Made by a program: the position numbers and the translations under genes
The notes under the pieces: generated by a model
Told to the model about the DNA's origin: nothing
Databases searched by the model: none
Seen by the model: only the letters and a program-made list of their open reading frames with translations
Assembly (NCBI RefSeq): GCF_009914755.1
Contig: NC_060936.1
DNA: 64,000 nt
Strand: one strand, 5' to 3'
DNA from: the human T2T-CHM13v2.0 reference genome, Homo sapiens
Shown here: one piece after another, positions 14,209 to 26,343 of the stretch
How positions within the stretch are numbered: the stretch's first letter is position 1
Layout of the letters: every line of letters starts with the position of its first letter

Positions 14209-14915
14209 CTGTAGAGCCAGAGAGGGATGCAGAGCAGGCCTGAGGTGGCCTGAGTACTGATCTGACTCCAGCAAGCACAAAACTCTCCTCAGACATCTTC
14301 CCCCACAGGACACCAAGGCTAACAGTAGGAACCAGAGCATGCTGGGGAAAGAAGTCAAGGTCTCCACATCTGAGCCAGGGCACCCTCTGTTTGGAGATGG
14401 AGACTCCAGGGTCCCAAAATCAGGCTTTGGGGAAAGCAGGGAAAGGCAGGCAAGTGCCAGGGGGCAGGATTTTAGCCACTTGCAGTTACCCTCAATAAAT
14501 CATGATCTTGCCTCTGAGTCCACACATAGGCTGTTCCTTCTGTCTGACACACCGTTCCCTACCATTCTACTCAAATTTCAAGACAGGGTTCAGAAGTCTC
14601 CTCCTCTGAGAATCCTTCCTGGAGGGTCTTTCTCTGGGTTGGGAGCTCCTGTGGGGCCTCGGGACCCTACTGGAACTCCTCCCTCTCTTCATCGGACTCC
14701 TAGTACCCTGAAGGCAGCACCCACTTTTCTCCATTTTTTCCAGAATCACAGGAGGCACTTAACAAATATTTACTAAATGACTATATAAAATGAAGATTTG
14801 GGGAATGAAGGGACAAGGTTGCTCCACGCTGGGCTCTGCTGAGGGTGTAGTGAATGGGGCTGGGGACATGAGCCTTTGAAATACAAGCAAAATTTTCTTA
14901 GAATCCTTCGGCTGC

Positions 14916-15191
14916 TCAACTGTAGGCATTTGAAATCCACCAATGTACCCAAAAATAGGGCTATGAGGAAACTAGAGGACCGGGGCCCAGAAGCAGTGCC
15001 TTGTGGAATATGGGACAGCTATGGGAGCTCATGGAGAACAGAGACTCCAAATTGGATGCCATCTTGGAAGTGGAGTCAGAGAAGCTCATGTGACAGCATG
15101 CCTGACATGCCACCATATGGGCTTCTGGCCTCTGTGCTCCAAGCCTTGGGGCTTTATGAGGATTGATTCCAGACGCAAAGTCAGGGTGTGT
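14916..15191 (+). repeat. Local direct repeat, copy 1 (276 bp)
   Basis: Hand alignment to 16534-16811 gives about 19 substitutions and 2 indels. Confidence 0.95.
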
Positions 15192-16480
15192 TTTGATGGG
15201 GTGGGGAGTACAATCTATGATATTCCTTGATAGGTTAGGACCGCAGAGGCCCTCAGGAGGAGATAGACTTCCGAAAAGAAGGAAGAAGGAGCCAGGCAAA
15301 GATTTATGCATCACACAGTTGGGCAGAAGCCTGACCAAGGACAGCCCCTCCCTTAATGCTCCAGTCGAGCCAGGACTGTCCAGATAGCTTTGAAGGGGCA
15401 GGGTGTGCAGTGCTCCCTAGAAGGCTGGCTAGGAGGGAAAGGGGGCCGGGGCAGGGGGCCTCGGTGTGGCAGGGCAAGTACCTTAGAGTACCTTGATGCC
15501 CATGCTGTAGCTACATAGCAGTTACTTGAACTTACACAAGTTCATATGTACCCATCTAAAAATTATTACTTGTAACACATGTAGAAAAATAAGCAGAGGA
15601 AAATGGCTAGAATCTTACAGGACCAATACATTACATTTGTTGTCCAGGACGCACTTAAGCTGCCAATGCCCCAACCTGGGCAGGGCTGTGTTGGGGAGAG
15701 GTTGACCCCATCTAGGGCAGAGCCCCAGCCAACTCAACTGTCTTCTTGGAAGGTGTCCCAATTCCCAAAGCAATTTTCCAAGATCTGGTCTTTTGCAGTG
15801 CCCGACTCGTCCTCTCTGTTACCCTTCCCAATCCTGGGACTGCCGGAAGCTCCAGGGATTTGATTCTAGGGGTAAAACAGCTGGACCTACAGAGGCCATC
15901 CTCACCCACTGCCTGTCTCCATGCCCAAATCAGTCACACGGGACTGGACAGAACTGCCACATCTTGTCCAGACTGTCTATGTTGTTGCTTCATTGCTACC
16001 AGAGACAGCCATTCTAACCCGGCCTGACTCTCTTCTTCACAGTGAACTGGGAATTGCAAGGAAGGTAGAAAAGGCCCTTCACTATCTGGGAGACTTTCCT
16101 TCCTGGGGAATACAGAAGGGCTTTCCCTGAGTAGCCTCAGAAAGCAACACCAAGATTGCCGGATGCAAGTCTCAAGATTTCAGCTCAGCAAGAGGATCTG
16201 CTTCTTAGAAGGGCTGTGGAAGGATGGAGAGAATGACTGGAGATTTCAGCCCCTGTCCGTGCAGACGGTGAAAGGCAAGTCCACATTCTCCTTACCTAGA
16301 CAGCCTTCAAACCACTGGTGATGCTAACTAGTGCTTTAAAAACCTATTTCCCTGCAATGTTCACTTAAGGAGTCCCCTCCTTGTGTTTTCCTGTTCTCCT
16401 CTGATTTCCTTTCTCCCATGGAAGGTTGCAGATGGCAGGATGCTGGATTTGAATCCTAGTCGTGTGGCCTGGAGACAACT

Positions 16481-16971
16481 CAGGGGACATCTGGCAATGT
16501 CTGGAGATGGTTTTGGATGTCACACTTTGGATGTCAACTGGAGGCTTTTGAAATCCACCAACATACCCAAAAATAGGGCTATGCTGGAACTAGAGGACCG
16601 TGGCCCAGAAGCAATGCCTTGTGGAATATGGGACAGCTATGGGAGCTCATGGAGAACAGAGACTCCAAACTGGATGCCATATCAGAAGTGGGGGTCAGAG
16701 AAGCTCAGGTGACACCATGCCTGACATGCCACCATATGGGCTTCCAGCCTCTGTGCTCCAAGGCTTGGGGCTTTATGAGGATTGATTCCAGACAGCAAAG
16801 TCAGGGTGTGTCTGGGGATGTTTTTGGATGTCACCAGTACCAGGTGCCACTGGTATCTTGTGGGGAGAGTTGAGGAAGCTGCTTAACATCCTCCAATGCC
16901 CAGGACAGTCGCCACCTCAAAGAATTATCTGGCCCCAAATAGCTCAACAGTACTGAGGTTGAGAAACCCTG
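16481..16971 (+). mobile_element. MER20 split by a 278-bp insertion
   Basis: caggggacatctggcaatgtctggaga... resumes after the insert and ends aagaattatctggcccc...gaggttgagaaaccctg. Confidence 0.88.
16534..16811 (+). repeat. Local direct repeat, copy 2 (278 bp), inserted in MER20
   Basis: Same alignment; flanked by a 26-bp duplication of MER20 sequence. Confidence 0.95.
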
Positions 16972-19900
16972 GCTTAGAATGAACATCTCTTTATCCTTCT
17001 CTTCCTTTAGATCTTGACTTAAATGTCACCTCCTCAGAAAGACCTTTGTCAGCAGCTCTCCCACAGTATACCCTCTCCCATGTTTCTGGTCCCCCGTGAG
17101 TTTTCTTTCCATAGATCTACATGAGTTGCAAATTTATATATTTGTGGTTGACTTGCTTCTTGTCTCTCTTCCCCATTGGGCTTTAGGCTTCAGAACAGGT
17201 GAGACATTGTATCACTCATCACTGAATGCCCAGGGTCTAACACATAGTAGATGCTCAACAAATCACCCACTGAATGAATGGTTGGTGAAGAAATCTCTGT
17301 CAGAGAGGACAGAGGTTCACTGAATTCCAGACAAACCCAGAATGCCAGCATCTGTGTGAGGACACAAAGACCTCTCTTCTACCTTGTTCATCCTGTCGCC
17401 CACCACTCAGAAAAGGCCTCTGGTTATTGTTGGCCTGTATTTATTTCCTCCTGATATCCTGGTACCAGCCTTTCCAAAATTCTCACTGTAGTGCTGGAGG
17501 TCAGGGTATTTTTAAACTAGAAGAACTAGCCAAGCTGGTTTTTTTTTTTTTAAGTGGTGGAAAAGAAAAACTAAGATTTGTTTTTAATCATTAGACTTTC
17601 AAATTTAAGAAGGCGCGATGCAAATAGCATGTTGGCATAAACAAGTGCTGCCCGCTCAATGGAGGGAGGGAGCCTTTCTTCTGAGCTAATTTAAGCTAAA
17701 TACATGGCAGCTATTTTTCATCTCTACAATTGTGCAACTTTCTCCTCAGTTTACAATACAGGGGAGATATTATCGGGCAGAAGTTGGATGGGGGATAAGT
17801 GAAGACGAGAAGGAAAAGAAGAGGCAGTGGACAAGAAGGTACTCTCAGCCACCGAGCTGGTGATTAGAGGTATTTCAAGAGCTCAGGAGTAGAGCTGGTG
17901 GTCCACTAGGACCTCAAGATCTTATCTGGGTGGAAACTTGATTTTGAGCCTTCCATTCAGGGAAGAAACCAAAGAGCAATTGGAGTCAGGCTCCTTTTCC
18001 TGCCCTTTATATGCAGCACCCCCTGACTTCCCAGAAGCCCAGACTGAACAGCAGAAATTTTACAAACCTCCTCAAGAAAGAAAAGCCCTTGCAGCTCTCC
18101 TGCACACCACCACGCACACTGTTATTCCTTAAGGCCCCCATATGCCGTGACTTCCAGCCCAGCTGTTACTAGACTGGGCATAGCATTCAGGCCTTGTGGT
18201 GAAGCCGTCCCAGAAGATAAATGATTTTTCTCCAAGCAGGCAGATTACCGAGTAGGATCATACACAGAGTCTTAGAGACAGAATCTTTCTTTCTGCATTT
18301 TCCAAGTTCCCTAACTGAGAAGAAACATCTGCAGAGCGCTGATAGACTGTCCACCAACTACAGCCCAAATGGCTTGGCTTCTGGAAGTTTCTGAGGCCTG
18401 AGTTCTAAACCTACCTCTGCCTCTTAGAAGGGACCTGACTTAGGGGAGTTTATTATAGCTTCCCTCTCTGGGCCTCAGATCCTGCTTCTGTGAAAGGAGG
18501 AGAAGAGTGAGATAAGGGAGGGTCACTCATATCCATCTTAAGTGGTAACTCGAATGCCCTGAAGCTACATCTGTGATCAGTGGGAAGGCATGCTGTGATG
18601 GATTAGTGATGTCTGCCAAGAGTACAGCAGGGGACACTGGTGGTAGATCCATTACGTATTTGTACTCCTTGGACCAGATCTTTATCCTTCTAGATCTTAG
18701 AGGTCCTTCTAGATCACCATCCCAATGACTTGGTTGAAGATGAAAACTCAGGTGAAAACTTAACCCTTCTGAGGGTGTTACATCTTATATACTTTTCACA
18801 TTGGCCTCCAAGCCATGGTATGTTGGAGAAGCCACCAACACACAGCAGATTTGACCCCTCCATTGGAAGACACCATCAGCCAGATGTGGTGTTCTTGTTC
18901 ATGGAACCACTGTCCACATGGATGGAATCGGGCTCTAAGCTACCTTTCTCATCTCCTAGCAGTGTCTATGAATGCTAGTGGTCAGCTCTTTTCTGTGGGC
19001 CAGTACATTGACATTGCCTCCTTCAGTACCAGGTAAGGTATCAAGTCTCATTCACAGAGGTTGACCTTGTTGGAGATTCAGAAACAAGCCTGGGAAAGCT
19101 TGGGAAGAACAGCCTCCTATCAGGCATTTAGAGATTCAACCACACAATAGTGTCTTAAAAGTTCTGATAAGTCCTGCAATCAAGAAATTAGTTTCATTTT
19201 ACCTAAGCATTTCCAATGCATGCTTGTCCCAGGACCCTTTCAATAATGCAAATCCGGCGAGTTTTCCATGGAATGAAAGGTCTATGGGACATGCTTGGGA
19301 AACAAGGTCTTATTTAGATCAGGCACATTCTAGACAGAGTCCATCTCCTCCAGCTCAGTCCTCAGTGGAAGGAGGACAGCCATTCTCAACCCCATGAGAT
19401 GAATCCTTCATATTCTTGGTGTTAGGAAATGGGAGCTGCATGATCCCAATGAGTGGGAAGGAAGGGCCCTTTCCCACCCCTGAGAGGGAAGAGCACTCAC
19501 TGATGTACGCCTCTCAGGAACACGGGACCACAGTGCAACATCCAGCAGGAGAGACGGAGGGGATAGGAAGCCTGGAGCAGGGATACTGGAGGGACCCAGG
19601 AGGGACTCTGCCAACCCAGATGTACATTTCCTGGAAATCCGGGCTGCTGCTGGCAGCCTGTCAGTTTGAGAACATAAGTTCAAGCTTCCGTGCAAACTCC
19701 CAGTATGGTCCCTGCCAGCCCCTGCACCCTCCCTTCCACAACTTCCTGCTTTTCCTCTCTCTCTTTCCTGGTTCCAAGTTGCCAATAAGTCTCAGAGGCT
19801 GGGATTGTAACATCCCCATGAGCAGCTGGACATGAACCCCTTGACCTGGAGGTGGGTTCCTGGGAATGGATGAGCCCAAAGACTCGTTTTTAAAATGCTG

Positions 19901-20118
19901 GGTCTGCAATTTGGAGGCTGGTTTCTGTCCCTGTACCACAGTTGCCCCATTGAAACGAGAATAAGACTACTGATCTCCCCAAACCATCATAGGAATTCCA
20001 GCCTGACACGTAGTAAGTGCTCTGTGAATGAGGGCTGTTCAGGGTGGATTGTTACTCTGCCTCCTAGACATCCTGGGCCACCTGACTCAATGGGTCGCTT
20101 CATACGTCACAGATATTA

Positions 20119-20440
<322 letters not shown>

Positions 20441-21348
20441 TCATTGGGGTTGATATGGCACCCACAACATGGTCTGGCAAAGGGGAATCCCAATACCATC
20501 CAGCCCTGCCAATGGTGCCCTTCTAACTCCCTGTGCCAGGGTCTTACTCTTACCCAGCAAACCTCTCTGTCTGCATTCTGTAAACATTTCTTGAGCACTT
20601 ACTATGTGCCAGGCACTACTAAGACAAGTCCAGGAGGTCACTGGGACCGCAGATTTTCCATCAACCTCCTGCCCCACTACTGGTTTCAAAACTAAACTGG
20701 TAACAGAATGGGTATGGATTGCAGGGCCTCGAGAAGGGAGTCTGGGATTTGGGTTAATATCATAGTCAGGCACTGACCAGAGAGGACAGAGGTTCACTGC
20801 GGCTCCACATTCCAGGACCCAGACTGACATTTGCTGCCTGTCACTCCCCTTGGAGTTCAAAGTGATTCCCTTGCAGGTGTGTGCAGGTGAGGGTGAGGTG
20901 GTACGGGAGGAGGTGAGGCTGGGAGCCAGGGAGAGTGGCCACATGAGTCTGCCTAGGAACTTCCCCACATCACAGGCAAAGCCAAAAAAGGAAACAGCAA
21001 AATGTAGCTCATCAAAATCCACTCCTTTGTCAATGAACAAGAGTATAGATAAAATCAGATGCTGTGTCACCAACTGCTTTGGATAGGGTCATGAGGCACA
21101 TTCAGGGGTCAAGTGACAGTCCGCTACAGACAAGCCACTTACACACAGGCTGTTCCCATACAGCCACAGAACTGAGATCCAGAGCTGTTGGAATTCAGTG
21201 ATGGGACGTGTTGATTGGGGCAAGCTTGGTAAGCATGACAGCAACAGCCTGACCTTGTAGACCAGGAATTCTGGGGAATCTATCTTCAAGGGCACCTGGG
21301 TTCTACAGTGGAGGACCAGTCAAGGCACAAGAGAAAATGTCTTAGAGG

Positions 21349-21810
21349 GTGTTATAAGTTGTGGTGTCCCCAACAAAAAAAAAAAAAAAAAAAAAAAGAC
21401 ATGTTGAAGTCCTCATTCCTAGTACCTCAGAATGAGACTTCATTTGGAGAGAGGGTCTTTGCAGATATAATTAGTTAAGATGAGGTCATACTTAAATAGG
21501 GTGGGCCCTTAATCCAATGTGACTCGTGTCCTTATAAGAAGATGGCCATATGAAGATAGGGACACACAGAGAGATGATGAGGGCAGGGATTGGACTGACA
21601 CAGCTGCAAGCCAAGGAATGCCAATGATGACCAGGAAAGCACCAGGAATTCAGAAGCCGCCAGGAAGGATTCCCTTACAGATTTCAGGGGGAACATGGCC
21701 CTGCTAACACTTTGATTTTGGACTTCTGGCATCCAGATGGGTGAGAGATGATACATCTGTTGTTGTAGGCCCCAGTGGGTGGTGGTTTGCTGCAGCAGTC
21801 CTAGGAGCCT
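21349..21810 (+). mobile_element. MLT1C-like LTR with an expanded A23 run
   Basis: gttgaagtcct...agtacctcagaatgag...gggtctttgcagat...gttaagatgaggtcata. Confidence 0.8.
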
Positions 21811-21996
21811 CACGGAGGTGAGGGGGGCTTGGGGATATGGTGGCACAGTGGAACAAGACCAGCCTGCAGGGGATGGATGGGTGAAGTGAAGGTAGGCACA
21901 GGATGAGGATAGGGAGGGCATATTTCGGGACTCAAGATTGAGAACCAGTGTGGGGAAAGAAAGCCGGGGATGGGAATAAAATCACAGAGCGTTGGA

Positions 21997-22255
21997 ACCC
22001 TAATCTAATAAGATTGTTGTCTTTATCAGAAGAGGAGGAGATACTGGGGATGTGCAGTCACAGAGGAAAGGCCACGTGAGGTCACGATCAGAGGGCAGCT
22101 GTCTGCAAGCCAAAGAAAGAGGCCTCACCAGAAACCAACCCTGCTGACACCTTGATCTTGGGACTTCCAGCCTCAAGAATTGTGAGGAATAAATTCGTGT
22201 TGTTTAAGCCACTCAGTGTGTGACATTTTGTTATTATGGCCCCCCTTAGCAAACG
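21997..22255 (+). mobile_element. MLT1A/B-like LTR fragment
   Basis: gaggcctcaccagaaaccaaccctgctgacaccttgatcttgg...ttgtttaagccactcag. Confidence 0.75.
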
Positions 22256-22447
22256 AAGAGTTTTAAAGTCCAGGGAGTTGGTCCAGCCTTCAGGGCCTGA
22301 ATTGCCTCCATATCACACAGGCCAAGCAGTCAACATCTGCTCCACCCTATCCAAGGACAGGGAGTTCTCTACTTCCGGAGGCAGCCCGCTGCATCTTGGG
22401 GCAAGCTGGCCTTCTTCCGCTGAAACAAGTTCTCTCCCCCTCCAACT

Positions 22448-22542
22448 TCCTGTTCCTCCCCTGAGAGCCATATCCAACCCTCTCTATCAAAGGCTCCTGT
22501 TCCTCCCCTGACAGCCATATCCAATCCTCTCTATCAAAGGCT
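22448..22542. repeat. 47-bp tandem duplication (2 copies, 45/47 identical)
   Basis: tcctgttcctcccctga(g/c)agccatatccaa(c/t)cctctctatcaaaggc twice. Confidence 0.95.
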
Positions 22543-22828
22543 AGCAAAGTTAGGAAAGGGCCAGATTGTAAAAGTTTTTGACTGTGTGGGCCACATCGTC
22601 TCTGTTGCAAATAGCTGGCTCTGTCACAGTTGCATAGGAGCAGCCGTGGTTGTGTAAATGGAGAGGTGACTGTGCTCCAATAACATTTTGTTTATTGACA
22701 TGAAATTTGAATGTTATAGAATTTTCATGTCATGAAATATTATTCTTTTGATTTTTCCTCAATTAAAACATGTAAAAACCATTTGGCAGGCTGGGTATGG
22801 CCTATGGGGCATAGCCTGACAGCCCTGG
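22535..22828. mobile_element. MER58B-like DNA transposon
   Basis: aaagggccagattgtaaa...tgaaatttgaatgttatagaattttcatgtcatgaaatattattcttttg. Confidence 0.7.
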
Positions 22829-25800
22829 GTTTAGATTTCTCAAGATAATGATTGGCCTGAGCTCCGTGTCTACTACTTCCTCCGTGTACCTTTGATGATC
22901 AGCTGTAGGTGGGGATGGGAATGGTGGAAGGTGAGATAAGGCTGGTTTCGTGTGTTTGTGGGGAGGGGCATGATGTGTGTATATGGCATGGGAGGTGAGA
23001 AAAAGGGAAGAACTAGGTTCCCTGGATACAAAAGTCTAGTGGTCAATATCAGTCAAGGGCTTCTATTGACTGACAATCCAAGGTAGCTGTGGAGACAAGT
23101 GGATGGGGTGAGGATGGGGGGGTCCATGGCAAGATGAAAATTTTCTCTTTGATCAGTAAAAGGAATACCAGGACAAAATGGATCTAAGCAATGACTTTGG
23201 GTTTCCAGCTTGGCTCTGGGGATGGGGACACAAGGGGCACGTCCTCCCACAGGGGGCCAAGAAGGAAGCTCCTTGGTTTTATGAACAATCTGTATCCTGG
23301 AAGAGTTGGGTGAAATTTATGTGCAAATCCACATGCCCTTTAAAGAAAGCTGAGATGTTTCTCTCTGCAAAGCCAAGGCTTCCTGGTGAATCTTCACCCT
23401 GTGGACTGGTCCCCTCGGGAAGCCCATGTATATGACGGTTTGCTAAAAGCAAGACTGACTGGAACAACTCGCTGCTGAGTCAGTGACTTACGTGTACAGG
23501 GCACCTGTGTGCAGCTGTGATGGGACAAGGGCAAACACACAAATCTTGGTCGTGTCATTGTATAGAATGAGTTGCAGGTGAGGCTGGTAATTATGATGTA
23601 AAAATATACAGCCTCTTTCCTCTTTTTTTTTCCTCCCTGCGTAAGATGAATATAATCTCCTCCCAAAACCTCATCAGCGAATAAAGATGGAAGCCAGCAG
23701 GGAAAGCAGCGGTTTGGTTCTTCCTGGATTTAAATGTGTGCAAATTAAAGCTGGTTTCTCAACAAGTCAGGGCGGTGTAGAGGGGACAGGGTAGGGGTGT
23801 CAGGAAGGCACTGAAGGCCAGGATCCTGGCCTGGCTGCAGCAGAGACCAATGCAGGTGGGGACAGAGTAGTGAAGTGGGGAAAGATCGAGAAGTCAAGAG
23901 CAAGTGACTCAGATTCAGGGATGGACCCAAGGCACCCTGTTCCACAAAGGGCTGGGTTTTCCCCTGGATCACTCAGGCCCTGTCCTTAATCCCAAACTGG
24001 TGCTCATGAATGAATGGAAAAATCAGCTGTTGGAGATCATGCTAGGCCTTGCCAAAGGCTGTGGTTGGACATTTTAGTTAATTCTGGAAACAAGAGAGGC
24101 AAGAGTGAGAAGGTGCCAGTTCTTGTGGACATTTCAGCTGCAGGGTAGTAGACCCTGGCTGCCTCTTCCCTTCCTCATATCCTGTCTCTTGGCACAAGGG
24201 AACATGACAAGGACTGGAGCCTGTGGACCCAAGAAGTCCTGGTGTGATGGAAGAGAAGTGAGTGGTTGGGTTTCAGGCACTCAGTAGGCTGCTGGGCAGA
24301 GCCAAGACAGGTGCAAGTCCAGGCCCAGGGCTGGGACACAGAGTGTTGTGTTGGGATGGGGAGGTGTCCATTGACAAGAGCCATCCCCAGCAACCCCAGA
24401 GTGGCTGGGGCTCAGGCAAACATATATAAAATGCCTCCAAGACACACACACGTCGTCAAGCCAAGAGCCATAGATGTCCCCAGAAGAGCAGTGTCTGCTT
24501 AGGAGCAGCCCAAGCCGGGGTCTTTAGTCCTCTAGTCCCAGTAAGCTGGGAGTGTTGGAAAGGCAATTCAGGAGGGCCCTTTGGGAAACACAGGGGTTTC
24601 CTGTAGCCAGGCTCCTGGGAAGCATGACTGATCTCACCATTCTTCCCGGTTTGGAAGCAGGTTTGGCCCCCAGAGCATGAACCAGTCTGGGAGTCACCCA
24701 AGGTGGGGAAGAGATCCTCATAGGTCTATTTGGATTTTGAAAGTAAGATCAGGTAGGGTTTTTGAAGTTCCAGTTCCTCTCTCTGGCCCTCTAGGAGGGA
24801 GATGCCTGGATAGATAGTAGCTACAAGAAAACTAAGGCCCAGGTAGTACCCAGGAAACACAGAGGGGCTGTGGCCGCCCTGGGCTTCCTGTTCACTGCCC
24901 AGATAATCCTGCTATTGCTCTGCTTGGGGACAGATTTCCCTTTTGTATCAGGTCACATGCAGGGGGTCAGGGCTTTGAAAACATGGGCAAATGACCCAGA
25001 GGTTCTCCTCTCCCATCTGCATGCCCAGCCTGCTCTCGGCATCCTTCCTACAGATACAGAACACCAGGGGCTTCCCCAACATGGTCAGGAAGAGTCGCCG
25101 GCCCAGGTTGGGATCAAGAGGAGGGAGGGAAGGTGGGGCACTGAGGGAACACACACAGGTGAGGGACACAGGCTTCCGATGGGGAAGCTACTTGAGGACC
25201 CCGCACCAGGCTAGAGCAAAGAACGCAGAAGTGTAACAAACATCCTCCCTTTGTGCTCCCCCAACAGGACTCCTCAAGGGTGACAGGCAGGGAAATCTTT
25301 TGCAAACGTGTTATCATAGGTACAGCCACATAACCCAACATGGACGTACCCCAAGAACCCGCATCCACCTTGGTGGGGGAATAAGCTTCACTGGTGTGAG
25401 TAGCAGAGAAGAGGGAAGAAAAGGAATGTCCTAGAACTCCCTGCCCAGAGCCCTGATTCTCAGGGACCAGACTTCAGGGGGTGCCCTGAATGACGGTGAG
25501 CTCTAAGGAGCCCCTCAGAAGTCATCTTGGCTTTCCAAATGGCAAGGAGGTGCGGGCAGTGAGGTGAAAAGGGATGCTACTCTCAGAGAACAGGAGAAAA
25601 CAGCAGAAATGGGGGAATAGGTCCCCCAGAGAGACCCAGAACTCAAAAGACGTTCTAACTTTCCTACTGTACTTCAGAGCTCTATGCAAAGGTGCCACAC
25701 GCCATGACAGGCTCGGGTTGGGGTGTCTGAAAACAGATATTTCCAAAGGAACGAGCTTAGCCACTCCCGACCTTCCCTGCTCGATCTTGGCTCAGTAGCC

Positions 25801-26336
25801 TTGACTAAGCTGCCACTCGGCTCTGTACCCTCCTCTTAGCTTCCCAGATGGTACAGCTGGAACCTACCACATACAGACAGAACTGAGGAGTGCCCCGTCA
25901 TTGGGACAGTCTGGCTCTTGCTTGTCAAGGGGAAACAAGAGTGAACAACGTCAAACACACAGACACACACACACATAGCCCCGTCTGTGAGCCCCCCCAC
26001 GTGGGGTCTCCTGTCCTACTCCCATAGCCCAAAGGCACCACATGCAGCCTGCAGTGCTCTCATTAGTGCTGTCCCCTGGGCCGCACTGATCAATAACGCA
26101 TCACCCTGGCTGGTCCGGTTCAGTCCTAGCTCGGGGGTCCCCAACCCTGCCCGAGGAAAAGGGCTCAAGTCTGAGGTGCAGGGAGGCCGCCGAGCAGTTG
26201 TCCAGTGCTCCCAGGTCGGTCGGGGTTGGTACCCTCTGATGCTGAGTCTCTGGCCTCCTGAGCTGGCAGAGGACAGAGTAGGGAGGGAGAGGTGACGGGA
26301 GCCCAGGCAGCTGGGCGCCGTCCCGATGTCCAAAGG

Positions 26337-26343
26337 TCACAGC
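26337..26343 (-). CDS. KSR2: KSR2 terminal exon, coding part (G CTG TGA = (E)L*)
   Basis: Strong pyrimidine tract ctctcccttctctccccactccag|G CTG TGA completes the recalled C-terminus KSAEL. Confidence 0.92.

Noticed and set aside
14876-16873. Paired similar ORFs (...GPEAxPCGIWDSYGSSWRTETPNWMP...) suggesting a small gene family
   Set aside because: Explained by the 277-bp DNA duplication. The copies differ by frameshifting indels and have unrelated starts.
20441-21073. 210-aa ORF in sense orientation within the 3'UTR
   Set aside because: No recognisable domain, partly L2-derived, and no splice or start context supporting translation.
26337-26343. C-terminal SAEL as a KDEL-like ER retrieval signal
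   Set aside because: KSR2 is cytosolic, and the motif lacks the acidic/amide residue at the second position.
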